This document shows positions 26,235 through 35,992 of a stretch of 64,000 nucleotides of DNA, one piece after another. The position numbers were made by a program, and so were the translations under genes. The notes under the pieces were generated by a model, which ran no database searches, was not told the origin of the DNA, and was given only the letters and a program-made list of their open reading frames with translations. Each line of letters starts with the position of its first letter. Position 1 is the first letter of the stretch. Source of the stretch: a virus; IMG/VR virus record IMGVR_UViG_3300031111_000010, positions 17,177-81,176 of that record. One strand, given 5' to 3'.

Positions 26235-28691
26235 TTATAAAATAAAAGGTTCAGTTGGTACTGTGAAATCAGATTTATATAAACATTTATATTTAGTAAC
26301 TCTCCATTCATCCCAATAACTTCTAAAATTCTCAGAACCAGCGTTATTTCCTCCAAAATGAAATCTAGTTTGTGTTAAATCATTTCCATTATCTCCATGA
26401 GTTTCTTCTGTTATTCTTATACCATTTACAAAATATCTCCATATATAACCTTCTCTTGTTAAAGCTATATGACTCCATACATCATTAGCTATAACTGCTC
26501 CATTAGAAGGAGAAACTACATTTACATAAACACCAGAACCATATGTTTGAACAAATAATACACAAGGACTTGATGTAGCTTCATGTATAATCCAAAGACC
26601 ACCTGCTGTAGCATTATTTCCTATTTGAAAAACTCTACCATATGCATCTCCCAATCCATTATTAGCTGGTCTTATCCATCCTTCAATAGTAAAGTCTTCT
26701 GTTCTTAATGCTTCTGGTGGGAGAGCAGTTCTAGAAAGTAAAGTATCCGTATCACCATCACATCCTAAAGAAGAAGACCCAAATTTGAATTGTGCTGTTC
26801 TCAATCCAGCATTATCATAATGACCAAAAGCATCTAATCCACGAACATCATCATCTACTACTTGACTAAGGTTTGGTCCTTCAAAATGGACAAGAGATAT
26901 AACTTTAGCACTTGTACTTGAAGAACTACTCACTGAATTTGATGAACTACTAAATGAGCTTGAAGATTCAGAAGAACTTGAAGAACTCTCACTTGAAGAA
27001 GAAGAACTATATGATCCTTCTATAAGCATGTGATCATTAAAAATATACATTGTTGTTTTATTTTTATTTGTATCTAATAGGTCATCTAAAACTCTCCATT
27101 CAGCAACTATACCATCCCATCTTGAATTTGGATTATTAATTAATCCACCTAATCCAAAATTATAATCATCATAATCATCATTTCCTGAAGAACCAGTACC
27201 ATCATCATAGAAAATCTCACCTAAATATACTTTAGGATTAGTTACTGTCATAGTTTGAGAATAAGAATACCATACATCACCTGATGCTGTATCACTAAAA
27301 CTAGTACTTCTACCACCAGTTACATTACACCATGCTCTTGCAGGATTAGTTGTATCATACCACAAACATCTATCATTTTGACCCATAAAAGGACCACTAG
27401 CAGTAGTTTTTATTGCAGGATCATTATCAGCTTTAAAGAACATTTCTATTTGAGCAGATGTATAAAATCTTGTTTTCTTAATATTAGTATCAAGATATTG
27501 ATCAACACCATTGAAATGCCATCCATAACCCATTGGTGTATCTTCTACCCATGCACTTGCTGGTAAAGTATTTGTTATATTAAAACTTCCATTTGCTGAA
27601 TTATAAAAAGTAGATGCACTTGCTGGTTCATCAAAGTGTATTACTTGTCTATATTGTTGATTATTTCCAAGTACAGCTTCACTCCATACTGATTGTGCTG
27701 GTGTAGTTCCTTTTATACCAACATTAGCTGAATTATCAACACCATCAATTCTCACTATTATGTTTCTATTTACACCTATATTTAAAGGCATAGCAAACCA
27801 AATTATAGGATTACCAGTATTCCAATTTAATATCTCAGCAGGATATTCAGTACCATCTGATGCTAATTTTATATGTAAATTCTCTAATGGTTTTCCACTT
27901 TGAACTATTGGAGATGTTTCATCAAGTTTTAACATTACAGGATAAACATTATTTCTGAATATATTAGCACCACTTGTATGATAAAATAGTTCTATTGGTG
28001 TAAATGAGAAAGAGCTTGAGCTTGACGATAAACTTGAGCTTGAGCTTGAGCTTGAAGAACTATAACTTGAGCTTGAGCTTGAGCTTGAAGAACTTAGGCT
28101 TGAAGATGAAGATGATCGTTCTGATTCGCTACTTGATGATTTACTACTTGAACTAAACTCAATTGACCATGCTGTATCTCTTACATAGAAGTAATCATAA
28201 TTGAAATTGACAGTACTTTCTAATAACACATCTCCTTCATGTTGAGAAAAAGAAACTTCTCCCATTGTGCTAGGCCAGATACCTACAAAGATAACTTCTA
28301 ATATTGCATATCCATAATTATTAGTGACAACAAGAGAACAATCAACTGAATACTCATCATGATATTCAGATATTTTATTGTTATTATTGTTAATATAACT
28401 CATCCAATCGAATAATAATTTCCAATTATAAAGCAATGAATCGACAGTAAAGCTAACCATCCATGGATCATATTCCATTGGTATCATTCCACGCTTTGTT
28501 TTATTACCTTGCCATCTATGTTCTTCATTTGCTAAAGTAATTGATGGAAGCATTGTGGTATGGATATTCATAATAAATGGATTATTAGCACCGATAGAAT
28601 TCTCACCGGGAATTAATGGAAACACTAATTGATAATTCGTAGGTGTTCCCTTATCCATATTATTCAAATTTGATGTGTTACATACTATCAT
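26235..28691 (-). CDS. gp3/tail-tube-fold protein with poly-Ser linkers and LamG/concanavalin-like domains
   Basis: N-terminal YDPWMVSFTVD..L.NW...WM and ESTVNFNYDYF; C-terminal DFTIEGW...WSHIALTR...DEWRVT. Confidence 0.75.
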   Translation of the reverse strand: MIVCNTSNLNNMDKGTPTNYQLVFPLIPGENSIGANNPFIMNIHTTMLPSITLANEEHRWQGNKTKRGMIPMEYDPWMVSFTVDSLLYNWKLLFDWMSYINNNNNKISEYHDEYSVDCSLVVTNNYGYAILEVIFVGIWPSTMGEVSFSQHEGDVLLESTVNFNYDYFYVRDTAWSIEFSSSSKSSSSESERSSSSSSLSSSSSSSSSSYSSSSSSSSSSLSSSSSSFSFTPIELFYHTSGANIFRNNVYPVMLKLDETSPIVQSGKPLENLHIKLASDGTEYPAEILNWNTGNPIIWFAMPLNIGVNRNIIVRIDGVDNSANVGIKGTTPAQSVWSEAVLGNNQQYRQVIHFDEPASASTFYNSANGSFNITNTLPASAWVEDTPMGYGWHFNGVDQYLDTNIKKTRFYTSAQIEMFFKADNDPAIKTTASGPFMGQNDRCLWYDTTNPARAWCNVTGGRSTSFSDTASGDVWYSYSQTMTVTNPKVYLGEIFYDDGTGSSGNDDYDDYNFGLGGLINNPNSRWDGIVAEWRVLDDLLDTNKNKTTMYIFNDHMLIEGSYSSSSSSESSSSSSESSSSFSSSSNSVSSSSSTSAKVISLVHFEGPNLSQVVDDDVRGLDAFGHYDNAGLRTAQFKFGSSSLGCDGDTDTLLSRTALPPEALRTEDFTIEGWIRPANNGLGDAYGRVFQIGNNATAGGLWIIHEATSSPCVLFVQTYGSGVYVNVVSPSNGAVIANDVWSHIALTREGYIWRYFVNGIRITEETHGDNGNDLTQTRFHFGGNNAGSENFRSYWDEWRVTKYKCLYKSDFTVPTEPFIL

Positions 28692-28772
28692 AATCTTATT
28701 TATATATACCGTAAAATATTAACTTGTGCTTAAATTACTTCCTTTATCAATAGAATACTAAACTGCTATATC

Positions 28773-31700
28773 TTAAAGTGTAAGAAGATCGCCCATAATA
28801 TTATGTGATACCGCTTTAGCATAAGCATCTGAACGTCCAGCAAGAGACAGTCTGAATTCAGACATAAGCCACTCATGTTTGTCTCCATAGACAGGACGAT
28901 ACCCATACACTTGAAAAAGAACGGAATCGGTGTCAGTACTTGATTCTAATAATACTTCTCCATTATTATATATAGTTAGTGTACTTGATGTTCTCTTAAC
29001 TATAAAATGAGTCCACTCACCAACAACAATATCAGCATCCTCGTAATTTGTGCTGCTGCCCCCACTATCAAGATCAACATAAATCTTTACATTTGCGTGA
29101 AAGGCTATTCCTTGGTAAGAATTTCCAGAAGCATTTCTGCATATACTGGCAACAAACGTGGGAGGGAGTTCTTGTCTGTTATATAAAAAGTCTAAAGTAA
29201 AATCTCCTGATATAGAAAAGTCTTCTGATATATAATCATTAACTCCATCAAAGTGGATATGAGCATATCCATCTTCTCTTGAAAAAACTGGTGTTCCGTG
29301 AAGTGTTCCATCATGAGCATTTACAGTAGAATCTGTGGCATCTTCTACTAAATGCCAAACCGCTTCATAGTCCTCATCCCATACACCTTGAGCAGCAATT
29401 TCTCCTGTCTCCCCTATATAACCTGTTATTCCGTCACATGAGTTAATTGTGAAGTTGTCAAGTGTTACATCAACAACCCCATTATTCTCTTGCTCAAAAA
29501 ATAATTGAACAGTGAGATCATTTGAATTACTCGTTACCAAACTTATTCCATCTGTATTACCTGAACCCCATACCCACTCATCAGTCACCCCCCAATAATA
29601 GGCAGTTATCAATCCACTACTATTTCTAGTAAGTCTTAACTTACCAGTAGTATGAGCAGTCCACAAAGAGGTTTCAGTTCTATCTGTTCCATATACTCTA
29701 TATTCTTGATCCCCATCAGAACTTTTCTGCATGTTAATCAAACCAATTTGGGAACCAGCATCCAATAATCTGAATATAGGTAAGTGATGAAAACCATCAT
29801 CTGGAGTTGTGAGAGAAATAATATCAAAATCAATTTGAATATCAAATGCTCCAGACAGAATAAAATTACTATCAATTTGAGTTTTGTGATTTGCATCATC
29901 TCCAAGAGAATTATATTCCAATTTATTATTTTGAATACTCAGATAATCAGAACCAACAGAAACGGTTTTTGTCCATTTGGCAGAGTCAGGAGAGCTACCA
30001 TCTTCTCCTGTGAAATCATCAAATACTTCAGGAGAAGTTATTACCCGTTCGTAATTATTTTCTTCACCAAAAACAACCTTGATGGTAGTGTCTTCACTAC
30101 TGGAAGCTGACGGAATTCTCGCATGAAGAATACCAAGATCATTTGTTGGGTTCCATTCTTCTACTTCTGTGTAACATTCAACATCATCTACAGTGATATG
30201 GAGATACTTCCAATCTGTAGTCTCTGTAGCAGATACAATAGTAGATGGAAGAACTATTCTTACCGGAAAGTTGGTAAGAGTGGCATCAATTTTACTACTA
30301 TCTATTGTGTAATATAGTGGTGGTGTAGTAGAACTTGAGCTTGAACTTGATTGACTTGAACTACTTCCTTCTGTTAATAGTATATTTTTCAATACTGCAT
30401 TTGTAGCTTTTAACCATGCAGCAGATCGAGTAATAGAAGATATCCGAACTTCTCCAATTTGCCCATTAAACCAAATGGACGATGGATTATCCCTATTATC
30501 TTTTCCAATTTTTAGTGAATAATCATTTTGCAGACTTCCTGATCCTAAAGTATCATCATTATTTTTTGTCACTGTATCTTCTATTCCAGAAACAAATAGC
30601 TTCAGAATTTCACTCGCACCCGATCCATCGTAAGTATGAGCAAGATAATAAAATTCATCATCTTCTAAAATGATGTCTGCGGTATAATCTTTTACATCTG
30701 ATGAACCTTCTCTTAAGTAAACCCTGAACTGCTGTGAGTCAGTGAATTCAAAATTTATTGCTCCGACTGAAGAATTGCGATAGTTGCCAATGATCACACC
30801 CCTGTCGTTATCTCTTTCACCAAGAACAAATGCTTCAAATGAATGTTTTTCATCTCCTTGTAAATCCAGAACATTCACATCAGTGTCGGTTCCCATATAA
30901 TCGTTACTGCCATCAAAATCTATTGCTTTACCAAATACTCCATCTACTAAATCACCAGAAGTCATACTACCATAAGTAGTACAATGTCTCTCATGGGAAG
31001 TAGAATCAAGGACCACCTTTGAAGCATCCGTTGGGTCTTGATTCATATGGTAAACCATTTCAAAACCAGAATTCCATACATTCTGTGCAGCAGATGTTCC
31101 AGTAGAACCAATATAAGAATTATTACTTCCATATTCTAATTTAAGATTGATATCATGTCCACTTGGAATAAATGGAACTTTAGTCCATATTGTTCCAGAT
31201 GTTTCCCAACTTTCAACTTCAGTAAATAATTCAGTACCACCAGATGTTACATGTAAATTCTCATATGAATTAGCACTTGTAAAATCAGATGGAAGTATTA
31301 TACCTACTGGAAAATCTATTAAGTTCTCATCTATATTATTACTATCAATGGTGTAATATAATGGTGGTGTAGTACTACTTGAACTTGAACTTGAAAGAGA
31401 ACTACTACTACTTGAACTTGAACTTGAAAGAGAACTTGAAGAACTTGAACTTGAAAGAGAACTTGAAGAACTTGAGCTTGAAGAACTTACTGATGGACAA
31501 ATAACAGTACCACTATTGACAATAAAATTATCAATATCACATCTATTATTATCACCTGCATTATAGTCATACATTAAGAATCTAACAAAACAATCATCTG
31601 TAGTCATTGTTTTACTACCAGCAGAAGACCAACTACCAGAATTAGCATTATCATAATATACTGATACTGTTGATCCACTTCTTGTTATTCTTAATCTACC

Positions 31701-33617
31701 ATAATCATTTGTTCTTCCATAAGTATCATCATCAGGCGAACCTGTACTAAATCTTCTCAAGTAATTATTTCCACCTTGATATTGTGGTTTTATAAAAACA
31801 AAATATCCATTATCAAAGTGAATTTCTATAGCCATTCCAGCAGCAAAATTATTATTAGTTACTAAATTTTTATAATCACATTGAATATCAAAATCACCAC
31901 TTATCTTAAATTTTGAATCAATATATGCATTATCACCACCAGCATTATTTGAACCAGTTAAAGTAAATCTAGCAGCAGATGCACTTATTTTTACATCATA
32001 AGCTGTAGGTGAATAATCAGTAGTTATCGCTGTCCATCTATTAGGATTAAGATCATCACCATCTGCTCCTGAAAAATCATCACTTGCTGTTATGAAGCAA
32101 GAGCTTGAACTTGAGCTTGAAAGAGAACTACTACTACTTGAACTTGAGCTTGAAAGAGAACTACTAGAAGAATTACTTGAGCTTGAAAGAGAACTACTAG
32201 AAGAATTACTTGAGCTTGAAAGAGAACTACTACTCAAAGAAATACTTGAAGAACTGCTTGAATAACCATCACTTGGTGGTAAGAATCCTTCTGGTGGTGT
32301 ATATTCTAATTGATATGTTCTTGATCTAATTTTACATTTTTGTTTAATATCAGTATTAATAGCAAAAAATGCACTTGATCCTATAAATTCAGTTTCAGTA
32401 TAAGATGGAGAACCAGAAACACCCGGAAGACCTGTATCCCATGTTCCATTTTTTCCAAACCAAATATCACCAGTACCCATATCCCATGCTATCATCATAA
32501 CATCCGGTGCAGCCCAATTATGATTATAGGTAAAATAAGTACCATCATGATATAATCTATTAAAATAATTTATAGTACCAACACCAACAGCACTTCCATC
32601 TTGTCCTATAAATCCATTATCTCTATGATTACCATCCATTAAACCAAATCCCGGCCAATGAAATGAAGTAGAGCTTGCTTCTATCCATTCTAACTCTATA
32701 TACCATTTACCAGTGGTAGTATATCCAACAGTTCTCATTATATCATTATTTGATGTATTATTATGATGTATTTCTCTATCTTGATCAAAAAAATCATAAT
32801 TTGATGCTGTTGTATATGTAGAATCAAATCTGAATAAATCTAAAAATGTACTTGAAGATTCAGAACTTGAAGATTTAGAGCTTGAGCTTATCGATGAACT
32901 TGAAGAACTCAGGCTTGAGCTTGAGCTTGACATAGAACTTGAGCTTGAGCTTGAAGAAGAACTCAGGCTTGAGCTTGAGCTTGACAGAGAACTTGAGCTT
33001 GAGCTTGAAGAAGAACTCAGGCTTGAGCTTGATGATGATATCCAAGATCGACTACTAGATGATTGAGAACTTGAACTAAATTCAGCAGTCCATTCTGTAT
33101 CCCTAATATAGAAGTAATCATAATTAAAGTTTACAGTACTTTCTAATAGCATATCTCCTTCACGTTGAGAAAAGGATATCTCACCAATCTGCATAGGCCA
33201 AATATCTACAAAGATGATTTCTTTCACCATATTACCATAGTTATCAGTAATCACCATTGCAGCATCAACAGAATACTCACTATGATATTCAGCTATTTTA
33301 TCATTGTTATTGTTGATAAACTGCATCCATTTTCTCAGTAAATTCCAGTTAGCAAGATTTACATCTACAACAAAACTTACTAACCAAGGATCAAATTCCA
33401 TAGGTGATAGAGCACGTTTAGATTTAGTTCCATGCCATCTAAGTTCTTCTACTGCTATTGAAACTGGTGGAACAATAGCTGAATGTATGTTCATAACAAA
33501 AGGATTATTAGCGGCTATAGTAGTCTCTGTGGGTATCTTAGGAAATATCAATTGATAATTCGTAGGAGTACTCTTATCTATGTTATTCAAATTTGATGTG
33601 CTACATACTATACTCAT
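28773..33617 (-). CDS. gp3/tail-tube-fold protein with poly-Ser linkers and SPRY-like, DUF2341-like and LamG-like domains
   Basis: same N-terminal domain; GKWYIE...IWFGKNGTW...YTPPEGF; NFPV..WTKVP; AIDFDGSND...GEVRIS. Confidence 0.75.
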   Translation of the reverse strand: MSIVCSTSNLNNIDKSTPTNYQLIFPKIPTETTIAANNPFVMNIHSAIVPPVSIAVEELRWHGTKSKRALSPMEFDPWLVSFVVDVNLANWNLLRKWMQFINNNNDKIAEYHSEYSVDAAMVITDNYGNMVKEIIFVDIWPMQIGEISFSQREGDMLLESTVNFNYDYFYIRDTEWTAEFSSSSQSSSSRSWISSSSSSLSSSSSSSSSSLSSSSSSLSSSSSSSSSSMSSSSSSLSSSSSSISSSSKSSSSESSSTFLDLFRFDSTYTTASNYDFFDQDREIHHNNTSNNDIMRTVGYTTTGKWYIELEWIEASSTSFHWPGFGLMDGNHRDNGFIGQDGSAVGVGTINYFNRLYHDGTYFTYNHNWAAPDVMMIAWDMGTGDIWFGKNGTWDTGLPGVSGSPSYTETEFIGSSAFFAINTDIKQKCKIRSRTYQLEYTPPEGFLPPSDGYSSSSSSISLSSSSLSSSSNSSSSSLSSSSNSSSSSLSSSSSSSSSSLSSSSSSSCFITASDDFSGADGDDLNPNRWTAITTDYSPTAYDVKISASAARFTLTGSNNAGGDNAYIDSKFKISGDFDIQCDYKNLVTNNNFAAGMAIEIHFDNGYFVFIKPQYQGGNNYLRRFSTGSPDDDTYGRTNDYGRLRITRSGSTVSVYYDNANSGSWSSAGSKTMTTDDCFVRFLMYDYNAGDNNRCDIDNFIVNSGTVICPSVSSSSSSSSSSLSSSSSSSSLSSSSSSSSSSLSSSSSSSTTPPLYYTIDSNNIDENLIDFPVGIILPSDFTSANSYENLHVTSGGTELFTEVESWETSGTIWTKVPFIPSGHDINLKLEYGSNNSYIGSTGTSAAQNVWNSGFEMVYHMNQDPTDASKVVLDSTSHERHCTTYGSMTSGDLVDGVFGKAIDFDGSNDYMGTDTDVNVLDLQGDEKHSFEAFVLGERDNDRGVIIGNYRNSSVGAINFEFTDSQQFRVYLREGSSDVKDYTADIILEDDEFYYLAHTYDGSGASEILKLFVSGIEDTVTKNNDDTLGSGSLQNDYSLKIGKDNRDNPSSIWFNGQIGEVRISSITRSAAWLKATNAVLKNILLTEGSSSSQSSSSSSSTTPPLYYTIDSSKIDATLTNFPVRIVLPSTIVSATETTDWKYLHITVDDVECYTEVEEWNPTNDLGILHARIPSASSSEDTTIKVVFGEENNYERVITSPEVFDDFTGEDGSSPDSAKWTKTVSVGSDYLSIQNNKLEYNSLGDDANHKTQIDSNFILSGAFDIQIDFDIISLTTPDDGFHHLPIFRLLDAGSQIGLINMQKSSDGDQEYRVYGTDRTETSLWTAHTTGKLRLTRNSSGLITAYYWGVTDEWVWGSGNTDGISLVTSNSNDLTVQLFFEQENNGVVDVTLDNFTINSCDGITGYIGETGEIAAQGVWDEDYEAVWHLVEDATDSTVNAHDGTLHGTPVFSREDGYAHIHFDGVNDYISEDFSISGDFTLDFLYNRQELPPTFVASICRNASGNSYQGIAFHANVKIYVDLDSGGSSTNYEDADIVVGEWTHFIVKRTSSTLTIYNNGEVLLESSTDTDSVLFQVYGYRPVYGDKHEWLMSEFRLSLAGRSDAYAKAVSHNIMGDLLTL

Positions 33618-33625
33618 AATCTTAT

Positions 33626-35992
33626 TTATCCTGAACTTGAACTTGAACTTGAACTACTTCCTTCTGTTAATAGTATATTTTTCAATACTGCATTTGTAGC
33701 TTTTAACCATGCAGCAGATCGGGCAATATTAGAAATACGAACTTCCTCTACTTCTCCTGCTCTATATCCAATTGTTGAGTCTGGTGTTCCACCAATACCA
33801 ATGGTATCAATACCTGTAGGCCAAGCATCTCCACCAGTATCCTCTTGCTCTGTTCCTCCATTAGTATATAATTTTCTACTCGTAGAAGTAACTAACGCTG
33901 AAGCTAAATAAGCAAATTCTCCTGCATCAAGACTTACTGTTCCATTTAAAAGAGTAGTACCAGTCGAGTAAAAATTTAATCTTCCAATGTTTCCATACAT
34001 ATTAAGTAATACCATTTGATCTGGTTCACTAACATCTCCAATTCCAACTGACGGATTGTTATTTGATGCTGCTGTAATAGTAGCACGACCAGCACATTCT
34101 AAGGTAGCAGGGTAATCTGTTAAACCAGAAACACTTGCAGTAACAATATCGTTGTTACCATCAAAATCTATTGCTTTACCAAATACTCCATCTATCAAAT
34201 CATCTGAAGTCATTGATCCATTAAATGATCCATTATGTAAATTAGAAGTACTATCTAATAATGTTCCACCAGTTGGATTTTGACTCATATGATATACAGC
34301 TACAAAGTTCTCATCCCATACTGTCTGTGCAGCACTTGTACCCGTAGAACCAATATAAGAATTATTACTATTATATTCTAATGTCAGTACTGTATCTCTG
34401 TTTGCTGGTATCCAAGGAACTTTAGTCCATATTGTTCCAGATGTTTCCCATGTATCTACTTCAGTATAAAGTTCATTACCACCTGATACAGTAACATGTA
34501 AATTCTCATATGAATTAGCACTTGTAAAATCAGATGGAAGTATTATACCTACTGGAAAATCTATTAAGTTCTCATCAATCTTACTACTATCTATTGTGTA
34601 ATATAGTGGTGGTGTAGTACTACTTGAACTTGAACTTGAAGTAGAAGAACTTGAACTACTTCCTTCTGTTAATAGTATATTTTTCAATACTGCATTTGTA
34701 GCTTTTAACCATGCTGATGATCTTTGTATATTAGAAACTCTTACTTCTCCTATTTGACAATTTAGATAATCAACAGAGAAATAATTATCTGGTACTTTCG
34801 CTAATAATGGAGGACTAAAATCAGCAGTTCCATTAGGAGCAGAGATAGAATCTGTGTCATCATTTTTGTATATATTAAAAGTACCATTTACTTCATATGA
34901 TGCAGCAAAGTATTCAAATACATCAAGATTGACAGGACTAATAGTTAAAATTACTTCATTACCATCTACACCAAATCTATAATCCCATGAACTACCATTA
35001 TTGAAATTATAAATTCTAAGTCTATCTGAAAAATCTGATCTATCGGAAACAAAAATAGGAGCATAATTATTACTACCACCTAAAACATCTATTAAAGTAA
35101 ATACTTCAACTGTTCCTATGGTATTATCCATTACATCTGGCATACTTATATAATCATTACTACCATCAAAATCTATTGCTTTACCAAATACTCCATCTAC
35201 TAAATCACCAGAAGTCATAGAACCATGGGTATCACCATGATTTCCATTAACTGTGGAATCTAAAATTGTATCTGTTCCATCGGTTGGGTCTTGACTCATA
35301 TGATATACAGCTACAAAGTTCTCATTCCATACATTCTGTGCAGCAACTTCTCCTGTTTGACTTATATTCCAAGGAACAATAACATCACAAGAATTTATAG
35401 CAAAATTATCAAAGGTATAAACTAATGGTGTTGCTGAAGTAGAATTACGATATGCCATAAATCCTACATAAACATCGTCTTCTATCCAAGTATGTGCTGA
35501 ACCTATTTGTGACCATGAACCATCTTCTTCATTTTTATAATAAGCTGATACTTGATTTCCTACTCGTTTAATTCTAAATTTATTAGTATAAGGATTCGAT
35601 TTGCTACTTATATTAACTTCATCCCAAGAATCATTACTACCAGCATCATCATATCTGAAATAAGCATAGGGGGTTCCCGATCTATTTATTAGTCCTACAA
35701 AACCCCATTCAGAAGTATTATTGTCTTTATTCGGAGAAATATAAACTCCACCTTGTTGAATACTTACTACTTGACCTGTAACAGTTACAAAGTCAAACTC
35801 TATTTCAAAATCACCTTTAATTATTCTATTGAGAGTTTTATAATGATTTCCGCTATTACCTGATGAAATGGTCATTTGTGCTTCATTATCATCTATAACA
35901 GTAGAACCTGTTCCACTATTACCAGCAGCATCATACCACCATTCTTTTGAGAAATCATCTCCATTTGTTCCTGTAAAATCATCAATTATCAT
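33626..35992 (-). CDS. DUF2341-like/LamG repeat protein, continuation of 35989..37863
   Basis: repeats AVYHMSQ, GDLVDGVFGKAIDFDG, RSAAWLKATNAVLKNILL shared with the 1614-aa paralog. Confidence 0.75.
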   Translation of the reverse strand: MIIDDFTGTNGDDFSKEWWYDAAGNSGTGSTVIDDNEAQMTISSGNSGNHYKTLNRIIKGDFEIEFDFVTVTGQVVSIQQGGVYISPNKDNNTSEWGFVGLINRSGTPYAYFRYDDAGSNDSWDEVNISSKSNPYTNKFRIKRVGNQVSAYYKNEEDGSWSQIGSAHTWIEDDVYVGFMAYRNSTSATPLVYTFDNFAINSCDVIVPWNISQTGEVAAQNVWNENFVAVYHMSQDPTDGTDTILDSTVNGNHGDTHGSMTSGDLVDGVFGKAIDFDGSNDYISMPDVMDNTIGTVEVFTLIDVLGGSNNYAPIFVSDRSDFSDRLRIYNFNNGSSWDYRFGVDGNEVILTISPVNLDVFEYFAASYEVNGTFNIYKNDDTDSISAPNGTADFSPPLLAKVPDNYFSVDYLNCQIGEVRVSNIQRSSAWLKATNAVLKNILLTEGSSSSSSTSSSSSSSTTPPLYYTIDSSKIDENLIDFPVGIILPSDFTSANSYENLHVTVSGGNELYTEVDTWETSGTIWTKVPWIPANRDTVLTLEYNSNNSYIGSTGTSAAQTVWDENFVAVYHMSQNPTGGTLLDSTSNLHNGSFNGSMTSDDLIDGVFGKAIDFDGNNDIVTASVSGLTDYPATLECAGRATITAASNNNPSVGIGDVSEPDQMVLLNMYGNIGRLNFYSTGTTLLNGTVSLDAGEFAYLASALVTSTSRKLYTNGGTEQEDTGGDAWPTGIDTIGIGGTPDSTIGYRAGEVEEVRISNIARSAAWLKATNAVLKNILLTEGSSSSSSSSSG

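Noticed and set aside
30280-35345. Duplicated adhesin blocks as DGR template/variable repeats
   Set aside because: All copies are coding, I saw no adenine-specific mismatch pattern, and there is no reverse transcriptase in the window
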